DNA from: Terriglobia bacterium | GTDB taxonomy: Bacteria; Acidobacteriota; Terriglobia; 2-12-FULL-54-10 | NCBI GenBank assembly: GCA_963666975.2 | Contig: CAXVYR010000002.1 | Span: 320,001 to 384,000, forward strand | Direction of reading: 5' to 3' | Length of the DNA stretch: 64,000 nucleotides | Shown: piece by piece, positions 1-8,995 of the stretch | Position numbering within the stretch: the first letter of the stretch is position 1 | Layout: each line of letters opens with the position of its first letter | The notes under the pieces: generated by a model | What the model saw: the letters and a program-made list of their open reading frames with translations, nothing else | Told to the model about the DNA's origin: nothing | The model's database searches: none | Program-made: the position numbers and the translations under genes

Positions 1-985
1 TCAGCGCACTCACGTAGTACTCGTCATTATTGAAAAAGTCTTCGCGCCAATTCCAGGCCCACATGTTCCGGACCGGCATCTGCCCGCTTCGGGACAGGTC
101 GTCAAACACCCTCAGGTTGGCCGGATCGTATGCCTGCGAGGCAAAGGCGGTCATTCCATAGCCCGCCCACCAAGTCAGGCCCAGGCGCTGGACCTCCTTC
201 AACTCTTTATAGTGGTCCCGCATGACCACATCACTGAACATCCAGCGCATGGGGTTTGCCCCACCGGCCCCAGTCTCATGATCAATTTGACTGGCTACAT
301 CCTCCGGGAATGTCCGGTCAGCTATTTCCAGCGCCTTGGAATTCAAAACGAAACGAGTAAAAGCGTCCCGCAACAGGACCGGATTGTTGGCAGCCACGGC
401 ATCCAGTTGTGCTTTTGTGATCTTGAGAGGGGTACCGAACAAGCTATCGTCGAACTGGCCGAATCCGCCATTCCCTCCCGTGCTGTACTCATAGTTCTTA
501 CCCAAGGGGAAGACCAGGTAAACCCACTGTCCCGGCTTGGCCTTGCCGAGAGCTTCCCGCAAGATTGCGGGATACGCCTGGAGTTGTTCCTGGGGACTGC
601 CCTCCAGAACCCGTGTAACTACAATATCGTCCGTGAGGACATGCCGGATGACGTAGGGATTGACGGGGCTCCAATCAAAAGGGTGTTCGTGAACGCTGAT
701 CAGTCCGGGCAGAACCGTGCGGCCCTTCAGGTCAATCACCCGTGTGTTGGGCCCGGCCATAGCCCGAATCTCGGCGTTGTTGCCCACATGCAGGATCGTA
801 TCCCCTCTGACGTGCATGGCCTGCGCAATGGTTCCGAGGGAAGAGGTGTAGCTCGTGTCGTCCACCGTGACAATTTTCGCGTTGAAGTAAATCGTGTCGG
901 AATCTTGTTGTGCCTGGCTGACGCGCCCAGACAACAGCAAGATACTCAGCAGAAGCAAAAAACACCCGCTCCTTCTGTTACGCAT
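1..985 (-). CDS. Exported metal-dependent amidohydrolase (amidohydrolase_3/YtcJ-like), partial, runs off the window start
   Basis: Hand translation from ATG 985: signal peptide MRNRRSGCFLLLLSILLLSGRVSQAQ, then IYFNAKIVTVD...VIDLKGRTVLPGLISVHEHP (HxH metal motif). The frame is open to base 1. Paralogous to 8996-10927. Not in the ORF track. Confidence 0.85.
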   Translation of the reverse strand, partial: MRNRRSGCFLLLLSILLLSGRVSQAQQDSDTIYFNAKIVTVDDTSYTSSLGTIAQAMHVRGDTILHVGNNAEIRAMAGPNTRVIDLKGRTVLPGLISVHEHPFDWSPVNPYVIRHVLTDDIVVTRVLEGSPQEQLQAYPAILREALGKAKPGQWVYLVFPLGKNYEYSTGGNGGFGQFDDSLFGTPLKITKAQLDAVAANNPVLLRDAFTRFVLNSKALEIADRTFPEDVASQIDHETGAGGANPMRWMFSDVVMRDHYKELKEVQRLGLTWWAGYGMTAFASQAYDPANLRVFDDLSRSGQMPVRNMWAWNWREDFFNNDEYYVSAL

Positions 986-1043
986 GGTCACTTCCTTAAA
1001 CTTCAGATGTAATGAACGGAGTTTGTAAACCGATTCTCTGTGC

Positions 1044-1084
1044 AAAAAAGGTGGGCAAAGATTTGGCTAACCAAATCTTTGCCC
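1044..1084 (-). terminator. Rho-independent terminator-like hairpin after the TonB receptor gene
   Basis: Perfect 14-bp stem gggcaaagatttgg-ctaa-ccaaatctttgccc, followed on the minus strand by a T6 run. Confidence 0.7.
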
Positions 1085-1102
1085 AAGCAAGGCCCAATCC
1101 AA

Positions 1103-4100
1103 TCAGAAGGCGAACTTCAACCCGAACTGGATCTGCCGTGTCGGCAGGCCGGGGAGGGTTTGTGAGATCACTCCGGCGCCACCCCGATCAATTTGCGCAA
1201 ACGGGGGTCGGAAGTGGGCAGTGTTGGTGAGGTTGAAGAACTCCGCCCGAAACTCAAAGTTTCGTTCCTCGCCAAAGGGGAAATTTTTGACTATCGACAA
1301 GTCTAAGTTACGGAGTCCCGGACCGATGAGCGTGTTTCTGCCCGTGGTCCCGTAGAATCCCGTCGTTTGCGGTACGAAGGAACTGGGGTCAAAGTACTGA
1401 TCGATACTTCCCCCCGTCGGGTTATTGTCGGCCCCCTGTACGAGATCCGGGCGGGTGCTGTGAATGATCGCGCCATTATTGGATCGGTTGGTACCCATTC
1501 TTACCGTAAACGGGTTGCCCGGCGATAGCTTCACGATTCCATTTAATCGCCAGCCGTTAATCAATCCTCTGGCGAATAGGTTATCGAAGTCGCCGGTGGG
1601 AAACTCGTAACCAAAACTGGTCACAAAGTTGTGTCCGATGTGATAACTAGCCAAGCTGCGATCGTTCTTGTGGTCATCCGGGTCCTGAGAGCCACCGACC
1701 CCATTGGTAGCGGACGATATTGTATCCCATCGATCAAAACTCTCATCGATAGTCTTGGACCAGGTATAAGCGACCGCCACTTGAATTCCCGACTGGAAGC
1801 GGCGATTCAAATTCACTTGTAACGAGTTGTAAAACGACTGCGCCCAACTGGATTGCCGTGCATCCCAAATAACGCTGGAATTTCGACGGACTGTGGTGCC
1901 GCCGGCGCACCCATCCATTGGTTGAAAGCACCTGCGGCCATCAGAAAACGTCCCCGGTTCCTTAGTGTTGGCAGCTCTCAGAAAGTCCAGGTGATTTCCT
2001 CTGGACCCTGCGTAAGCCACTGTCAATGAAGTGCCCGGTATTAGCTCGCGCTGCAGCGTCAGGTTGTACTGCATGAGGTAGGCGTGGTCGCGGTCATAAT
2101 CCATTGTCTGAACTCCCGGCCTTCCGGCAGCGCGAGGGTCTATCCCTCGGAAGACTCCCAAGAAGGTCGGGTTAGTGACGTTCCCAATGGTGTAAATGGG
2201 AGGTTGGCGAACCGCCGTGATGAACCAAGTGTTGGAAAGCATATGCATTCGGAAGGTTCCGAACCCCCCGCGCAGAGCGGTCTTGCCGTCTCCTTTCAAA
2301 TCCCAGGCGAAGCCGACGCGCGGCTGAATATTGATGGCCTGCGAGGCGTTCTTATAGTACGGTCCGATGGTGGGCTCTAGAGCCCGTACGTGCCGAAAGT
2401 TTGCTAAACGGTTATGATTTTCTGTTGGAACCGTGGACATCTCCCATCGCACGCCCAAGTTCAAAGTGAAGCCCGGTTTCACTTGCCAACTATCATCGAT
2501 AAACGTCCCAATCATCCACTGGCGCATACTCCGGACCGCGGCGCCCCTGGGGTCTCCACTCCCCAAGGCACCCTGCCATAGATCCGGCATGCCTTGCAAG
2601 AACGCCACCACATTGGGAAATCGGTAGGCTCCTCCCAAATTCTGGGGTGCGGCGAGATTGCTCTGATATCGCTTGAGGAGCGCTCCAAATTTAAGCTGGT
2701 GTGACCCTTGGGTGGTAGTCAGGTCGTCCTGGTAATGGAAGTTGTTTGCTATGTAGATCTTCGGCAAGTTGGTAGCAGTCCCAATAGACGTCAGAGCGCC
2801 ACCCAGGAAACCGATGCCGGCACTTTGGCCAAAGGGGAGCCCGGTGGGCGGATTAAAGGAAGGCAGGCCCTCCGCGAAAAGCGGTTCGTCGTCCACATTG
2901 TAGTTCATGCGGGTGAAGCCAACCCTAGCCGTATTGATCCATGTGGGAGAGAAGATGTGGTTCCACTCCGCCGTAGCGTACTGCCATCTGTTTCTTCCCA
3001 AGCCCTCGGCTATAGCGATGTTATTACTCGGAAATTTCTGGGTGGAGTGGTCAAAGGTGTAGCGGACAAAGAAATTATCGGAATCCGAGAAGCGGTGATC
3101 CACGCGGGCCATCCAATAAAATTGATCGATCGGCTCGCTAAAAGAGCTTACAAACTGTGCTGTGCCATCCCCAAAATTTCTCCCATTCGCCTGCGGCGTG
3201 AGAGCGATGAACGGCGCGATATCCGGAGCGACACCGACATTCCCACCTGCCGAATCCGGAAGGATACCCATCCGGGCGTTGGCATCCAGGACTCTCCCTA
3301 TGACGGCTTCGCCCCTGCGTTGCCGCAAAAGTTCAACCGTCGAAAAGAAGAACGTCCGGTCTTGGATAACGGGCCCTCCCACAGCGCCCCCGAACTGGTT
3401 GCGCTTAAACCCTGGCCTTTCCTTGCCGGCGGCATTGAGGAAATAGTCGTTGGCATCCAACTGGCTGTTGCGGTGAAATTCGAACAACGAGCCGTGAATC
3501 GAATTGGTGCCGGACATCGTGACCGAATTGACTACCGCTCCGCCCTGGCTGGGGTGGGCGGCGCTGTAGCTATTGGTCAACAGAGAAAACTCTCGAACAG
3601 CTTCGATGCCCAATCCGCCGCCCGTCACTGCTCCTGGGGTTTGACGGTGAACATCCATGACCTCCGTTCCATCCACCAAGTACAGATTGGCGCTCACCCT
3701 GGCCCCGCTTACGGAAATTCTTTTTCCGGAACCGGTGCCGGTGTTTTGCCGAGTCGTACCTCCCGTGCTCAATGCCTGATTCGCGCCCGTTTGCAGGAGC
3801 ACAAGCTGGGTAAAATCGCGGCCATTCAAGGGCAAATTGCGAATCTGTTCATCGTCAACCAGAGCCGAAAGAGTGGAGGTTGTGGTCGCCACCACGGGAG
3901 CTTCTCCTGTTACCTCCACACTCTCCGTGACCGCCCCTACGCGGAGCGAGATATTGACGGTCGCTTCCAGGCCAACCGTTAATCTGATCCCTGGCCGAAC
4001 AGCAGCTTGAAATCCCTGCAGTTCCACTCTCAGTTCATAGGTTCCAACCGAAAGCAGCGGCAGGTGATAGACACCTCTGGCGTCTGTCTCCGCGCTGCGC

Positions 4101-4282
4101 GTGGCCCCGGTGTTTTCATTTGTGGTGGTCACAGCCGCCCCAGGAATGACTGCCCCGGTGCCGTCGGTAACCGTGCCGGAAAGCGTTGCGCTGGTTACTT
4201 GGGCATGCCCGATAGAGAAGGGGAGCACCAAAAGAAGCGTCAACAGAATCGGAGTGAAACGCAAAATCCGCCGAGTAGACAT
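1103..4282 (-). CDS. TonB-dependent receptor, Oar-like, with N-terminal carboxypeptidase regulatory-like domain
   Basis: Signal peptide, GTVTDGTGAVIPGA, LPLNGRDF, GTNSIHGSLFEFHRN, RNQFGG, C-terminal RQIQFGLKFAF. Start taken at MSTRR, downstream of an AGG-rich RBS. Confidence 0.92.
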   Translation of the reverse strand: MSTRRILRFTPILLTLLLVLPFSIGHAQVTSATLSGTVTDGTGAVIPGAAVTTTNENTGATRSAETDARGVYHLPLLSVGTYELRVELQGFQAAVRPGIRLTVGLEATVNISLRVGAVTESVEVTGEAPVVATTTSTLSALVDDEQIRNLPLNGRDFTQLVLLQTGANQALSTGGTTRQNTGTGSGKRISVSGARVSANLYLVDGTEVMDVHRQTPGAVTGGGLGIEAVREFSLLTNSYSAAHPSQGGAVVNSVTMSGTNSIHGSLFEFHRNSQLDANDYFLNAAGKERPGFKRNQFGGAVGGPVIQDRTFFFSTVELLRQRRGEAVIGRVLDANARMGILPDSAGGNVGVAPDIAPFIALTPQANGRNFGDGTAQFVSSFSEPIDQFYWMARVDHRFSDSDNFFVRYTFDHSTQKFPSNNIAIAEGLGRNRWQYATAEWNHIFSPTWINTARVGFTRMNYNVDDEPLFAEGLPSFNPPTGLPFGQSAGIGFLGGALTSIGTATNLPKIYIANNFHYQDDLTTTQGSHQLKFGALLKRYQSNLAAPQNLGGAYRFPNVVAFLQGMPDLWQGALGSGDPRGAAVRSMRQWMIGTFIDDSWQVKPGFTLNLGVRWEMSTVPTENHNRLANFRHVRALEPTIGPYYKNASQAINIQPRVGFAWDLKGDGKTALRGGFGTFRMHMLSNTWFITAVRQPPIYTIGNVTNPTFLGVFRGIDPRAAGRPGVQTMDYDRDHAYLMQYNLTLQRELIPGTSLTVAYAGSRGNHLDFLRAANTKEPGTFSDGRRCFQPMDGCAGGTTVRRNSSVIWDARQSSWAQSFYNSLQVNLNRRFQSGIQVAVAYTWSKTIDESFDRWDTISSATNGVGGSQDPDDHKNDRSLASYHIGHNFVTSFGYEFPTGDFDNLFARGLINGWRLNGIVKLSPGNPFTVRMGTNRSNNGAIIHSTRPDLVQGADNNPTGGSIDQYFDPSSFVPQTTGFYGTTGRNTLIGPGLRNLDLSIVKNFPFGEERNFEFRAEFFNLTNTAHFRPPFAQIDRGGAGVISQTLPGLPTRQIQFGLKFAF

Positions 4283-4363
4283 AGACTGACCTCCAACATT
4301 AGATAAGATTTTCAATGCTTTTACCAATTATACATATAAAATGTCAAGCTCTTTATCCTCATT

Positions 4364-4517
4364 TGTCGTTAGCATATGATATGTCCGGTGGAAATAGCAA
4401 GTGAAGTGTCCGCTTGGAAGGCGGTCTGGGGTAAGAGCATCTATCCAGGAGGTGGAGATGGAGTCATACCCGAGGGCCGCGATGGAGCGGGCAATGAAGA
4501 TACAAGAAGTAATCTTT
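4364..4517 (+). mobile_element. Left end of an IS (ISNCY/IS481-like) plus the first ~20 codons of its transposase
   Basis: TGT terminus; two subterminal repeats (tagcatatgatatgtccg / tagcaagtgaagtgtccg); RBS ggaggtgg; ATG 4458 MESYPRAAMERAMKIQEVI, which resembles the N-terminus of a common acidobacterial transposase. Confidence 0.65.
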
Positions 4518-6257
4518 TCGTCCCTCCAGAGGGCAATATCATGAATACCTTTCAGTTTGCCGACGATGTAGTGCTCCAGAAGGGAGCCCACGCGCTGAAG
4601 TTTGGATTGGAAATTCATCGCTATCGCTGGCACGTGTTCTCGAACTGGGCCAGAGCGGCTCAATGGTCATTCAACAGCCTGGACAGCTTTCTCCAGGGAG
4701 GTTTGCCGACGATGTAGTGCTCCAGAAGGGAGCCCACGCCTGGAAATTCATCGCTATCGCTGGCACGTGTTCTCGAACTGGGCCAGAGGGACCCGCTTGA
4801 CGGTGGCGTTACCGGGCTCGGACAACAGATAAAATTACCGGCAAACTCTGATGGGTTTCTATTTCCAGGATGCCTATGCAATGAGTCCGCGCCTGAAACT
4901 CAATTTGGGCCTGCGCTACGAGTTCACCACGCTCCTACACGACAAATTCGGCAAGAGCATTTTTCTTCCTGACCCGGTGCGGGATTCCAATGTACAGATT
5001 GGGCCTCTCCTGGAGGGCAATCCTTCGCTACGCAACTTTTCACCCCTCCTGGGCATTAGCTGGTCCCCGGGGAGCAGCGGCAACACAGTGCTCAGCGCTG
5101 GTTTTGGCGTTTACTACGATCAACTGCTGGAGTATGTGGTAGACCAGCTGAAAAGTACGGTCCCATTTTATAGCGTGGTGGTCAGAAACAACTTTGATTC
5201 CTCCACGACGTTTCCCGACGCGGTCGCGGCTGCGGCCGGAACACCGTTCCAGGCTCAGGGCCTGGATTACCGAAACACGACTACCCCGATGGTGTTGCGC
5301 TACAACTTTGCGGTTCAACAGCAGCTTCCGGGTGGCTGGCGTCTGCGGACATCTTATGTGGGAGCCAGGGGCAACCATTTGTTTCGCAACTATGAAGCGA
5401 ACCTCTTCCCGGTTCCCATCACCGAAGCCGACGGCTCGCTTTTCTTCCCACCCAATGAAGGCCCGGTAAATCCTGCTTTCGGAGGAATTAGAATTACCAG
5501 CAGTGATGCGCAATCTCTCTACAATTCGCTTCAGCTTTCTGTGAACAGGCGCCTCAGCCAAGGGATTTCTTTTCAAGCCGGCTACACTTACAGCAAGTCC
5601 GTGGATGACGCTTCTTCCTCCGGGCCTGAAACGGACGCTTCCCAGTACGGGTTGTTACGAACTCAGGACCGAAGCCTTTCGGATTTCGACATTCGCCATC
5701 GTCTCGTGATCAACTACTTCTACACCCCTCCCCTGGGAGCCGGGCGGGGACGGTGGGGTTCCGGCGTCTTTTCGCACATATTGGGAGGCTGGACTTTGGG
5801 AGGGATCACGTCGCTTCGCACCGGGGTTCCTTTTACTCCGCTGGTCCAAGTCCGTACGCCGGGATTCTTATTCTCAGCCCGCCGGCCCAACTTGCTTCCC
5901 GAACGGAAAACAAATCCCGTCCTCGGCGAACCCGATCAATATTTCGATCCCTTCGCCTATAGCTTGCCTCCGCCGGGAACCCTCGGCAATGCTGGGCGTA
6001 ACACTCTGATCGCGCCGACCGTCTTCAATATGGATGTTTCCCTCCAGAGGGAATTTTCCCTGGATGCGAAAAGGCGGCTCCAATTCCGGGCAGAATTTTT
6101 CAATTTGCTGAACCACACCAACTTTGCTCGTATTTCTGGGGGTTCGAACAACATCTTTGTGGGTGCTTCTGGCCGCCGCAATCCCACTGCCGGAAGACTG
6201 CACAGCACTGCCACCACCGCGCGCCAGATCCAGTTTGCCCTGCGGTTTTCCTTCTAA
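4518..6257 (+). pseudogene. C-terminal half of a second TonB-dependent receptor, 5'-truncated, with an internal duplication and frameshift
   Basis: NTFQFADDV...HALKFG, then GFYFQDAY...LNLGLRYEF...ARQIQFALRFSF. Segment 4555-4655 is repeated imperfectly at 4701-4788. Confidence 0.85.
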
Positions 6258-6350
6258 ACAAACGAAGCCATTGCTAAGCGGCGGCTTATTCTTCCGGAAG
6301 CAAGCTGCTTCGGCAAAGTATTGAAAGCCGCAGAAGCTCCCGTTCTCCGG

Positions 6351-6773
6351 TTACTTTTCTCCCTCAATCTCTACCGCATACCCGTCGGGATCCTGAAGGG
6401 AAAATGCCCATCCCCAGGGATGTTGTTCGGGAGGATGGGGAATGTTCACGCCCCGCCGTTTCATCGTTTGGTAAGCGGCGTCGACAGAATCCGCGTGAAT
6501 CCCGATAGTGATCGAGTTCGTCTGGATGGGCTCGGAAAATCTAGCTTTCCCGAACCATAGACCGCCCCCTTCGAATTCCACAGACTGTTCTGCACTTTCG
6601 GAGGTCACCTTGAGACCCAGCTTGTCGCGGTAGAAAGCTGTGGTTCGGCTTATATCCTTCACCCAGATGTGAATGTGCCGCACCTTCAGTTGCGTCGAGC
6701 CGGTTTGAGGGCTGGCAACGGTTGCCAGCATCGGAATCAGGAAACTTGCCAGAATTGCTGATCGAACAAACAT
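6351..6773 (-). CDS. VOC/glyoxalase family protein with signal peptide
   Basis: HIHIWVKDISRTTAFYRDKLGL...PWGWAFSLQDPDGYAVEI; hydrophobic N-terminus. Confidence 0.88.
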   Translation of the reverse strand: MFVRSAILASFLIPMLATVASPQTGSTQLKVRHIHIWVKDISRTTAFYRDKLGLKVTSESAEQSVEFEGGGLWFGKARFSEPIQTNSITIGIHADSVDAAYQTMKRRGVNIPHPPEQHPWGWAFSLQDPDGYAVEIEGEK

Positions 6774-6968
6774 GCTATTTACCTCCTTTTTGAAATTCCG
6801 AAGGCCCGGGAAACGCTACATAATTCCCATCGGCCACCCATGAAAGCATCCTCTCCAAACAGGCGGAAACCAACTATTGTCAGTTGAGTGGCTACAAGCT
6901 GGAAATGCCCGCGCTGAGAAAGGTGTCAGTGATCTTTGGGTCCTTCCTGAAGACAACAATGCAGGGCC

Positions 6969-8822
6969 TCATTTTTCTCTTGAGGCCACTATTCTATCCA
7001 TCTCCCTCGTAGGACCCACCACCTCCGCGGCAAAGCTGACCAACTCCACCGCCAGTATGTCGTCGACAAGCCCAATGGAAGGTTGACCGATGCCCTCCAT
7101 GTAGCCGATGGGGCAGCAGTGCGCGCGGTCCATGATCTCGACCAGCCGGGCCTGCAAACCCCGCTTCATAAACTCGCTATAGAACCGATGGGCCTGCTCG
7201 GGAAGAAGATAGAGGTCATGGTCGGTATAAGTGATCAGAAACGGCGGGGCGTCCGCCCTCAAATAGCGGATGGGCGAGGCTTCCGCCAGCGCTTCCCGTT
7301 CCGTGCCAAAGCCTTGCTCCCTGCCGGTCGGCACCTGTCCTGGCTCGGGCCAAGCCGCGAGATCATAGATTCCGCTGGTTGGGATTACCCCCTTGACGGC
7401 GCCCGGCGGCACCCCTTCCTGTTCCAAGTACTTCGTATTTAACCCCAACAAGGCCACCAAGTGTCCGCCAGCTGAGCTGCCGGTGATGACCATCCGATCA
7501 CGGTCGATGCTGTAGCGGGAGGCGTTTTTGTAGATCCATGCAAAGGCGCGAGCTACATCCTGAATGTGGGCCGGGTGCTTCACCGCCGGGGAGAGCCTGT
7601 AATTGGTGGACACGATCCCCCATCCCAGCCGACCGAACAGGTTGACCAAGGTCTCCAGATTGCCTTTGTCCCCGACTCTCCAGCGGCCCCCGTGCACAAA
7701 GAAAAGGACGGGGAAGTTCGTCTTTCCTTCCGGCAGGTAAAGGTCCAAAGCATGGAGCTTCGGGTCAGCGCCCGGCCCGTCGTAATACTGCACATCCCGG
7801 ACGACCTTCATCGCTGGAGCAGACATCTTGGGCACTGCCCTCGGCCCGCCCTCGGGCCACACCGCGTGGAAGCTGCTTGCAAACGAGCCGTCCTGCACTG
7901 TATTCACAAAGCGCGCCAGCGCCGGCCCCAGTAAATCTTCCACCGGGACAATCGGCATGCCGTTGATGTCATTTATAGTCACTTGCTTCCCGATTTCGGA
8001 AATCACATCAAAATGGTTGCGTGCCGGGATTTTAACCAAGTGCGCCGGAAGGTTGTTGTGCAGAAACTGCGAATAGAACGTCTTGGCCTGCTCGGCAAGA
8101 CCAAACAGATCGTTGTCGGTGTAGGTGATCAGGAACGGAGGCGTAGCAGGGCCAGCGGCGCCCACTTTCAAGGATGGCGAAGCATCCCGGAGAATCTCCT
8201 GTTCGGTCCCAAACCCCTGCTCCATCCGGCTCGGCACGACACCGGGCTCATAAAAATCCGCCAGGTCGTACACGCCGCTGCTCGAAACCACCCCTTTGAT
8301 CGCTTCCGGAGACAATCCTTCCTGTTTGAGATACTTTGGTTCGAGCGCCAGCAAGGCAACCAAGTGGCCGCCTGCCGAATGCCCCGCGACAAAAATGTTA
8401 TCGGCGTCCACGCCGTATTGAGCGGCGTTGTTGCGTATCCATGCAAAGGCACGCGCTACGTCCTGGATGTGCGCCGGGTGCTTAACAGCCGGCGAGAGCC
8501 GATAGTTCACAGAGGCAACCGCCATCCCATGACGGAGGAACAGATCGATAAACGTCCCCAGCCCCTCCGGGGACTTGTCTCCAACTCTCCATCCGCCCCC
8601 GTGCACAAAAAACATCAGAGGGACGCTGGATTTTCCCTCCGGTAAATACAGATCCAGGGAGTGAAATTTCGGATTGGCCGCCGGACCCCTGAAATACGGG
8701 ACATCCCGCACAACCCGCATCGCGAACTGAGATGGGAGGTCTTGCGCTGCAGCCAGACCCCAGAAAGCGCCTGCAACTACAATGGCAAATGCTTGCAAGA
8801 GCCATTTTCTCGGTTGCCTCAT
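6969..8822 (-). CDS. Exported tandem alpha/beta-hydrolase (two HSL/BD-FAE-like esterase domains)
   Basis: Two copies of LDLYLP-HGG-NYRLSP-HPAHIQDVA, with nucleophile motifs GHSAGG and GSSAGG; signal peptide from MRQPRKW. Confidence 0.88.
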   Translation of the reverse strand: MRQPRKWLLQAFAIVVAGAFWGLAAAQDLPSQFAMRVVRDVPYFRGPAANPKFHSLDLYLPEGKSSVPLMFFVHGGGWRVGDKSPEGLGTFIDLFLRHGMAVASVNYRLSPAVKHPAHIQDVARAFAWIRNNAAQYGVDADNIFVAGHSAGGHLVALLALEPKYLKQEGLSPEAIKGVVSSSGVYDLADFYEPGVVPSRMEQGFGTEQEILRDASPSLKVGAAGPATPPFLITYTDNDLFGLAEQAKTFYSQFLHNNLPAHLVKIPARNHFDVISEIGKQVTINDINGMPIVPVEDLLGPALARFVNTVQDGSFASSFHAVWPEGGPRAVPKMSAPAMKVVRDVQYYDGPGADPKLHALDLYLPEGKTNFPVLFFVHGGRWRVGDKGNLETLVNLFGRLGWGIVSTNYRLSPAVKHPAHIQDVARAFAWIYKNASRYSIDRDRMVITGSSAGGHLVALLGLNTKYLEQEGVPPGAVKGVIPTSGIYDLAAWPEPGQVPTGREQGFGTEREALAEASPIRYLRADAPPFLITYTDHDLYLLPEQAHRFYSEFMKRGLQARLVEIMDRAHCCPIGYMEGIGQPSIGLVDDILAVELVSFAAEVVGPTREMDRIVASREK

Positions 8823-8995
8823 GCCAAAATCCTCCTTCTTTCGTTTTGGGCAGGCCCCGAGGCGTGGCCTGCCCAAAACAAAGCGATACGCGCACCGTTC
8901 ACGCGGAAGCAAAAGACCGGCACGCGCGACACGCAGTATCTGCTGCGGCTACTGGTCGAGAAGCGGTTCCCTCTAATCCAGGAGCCCATCCAGAT

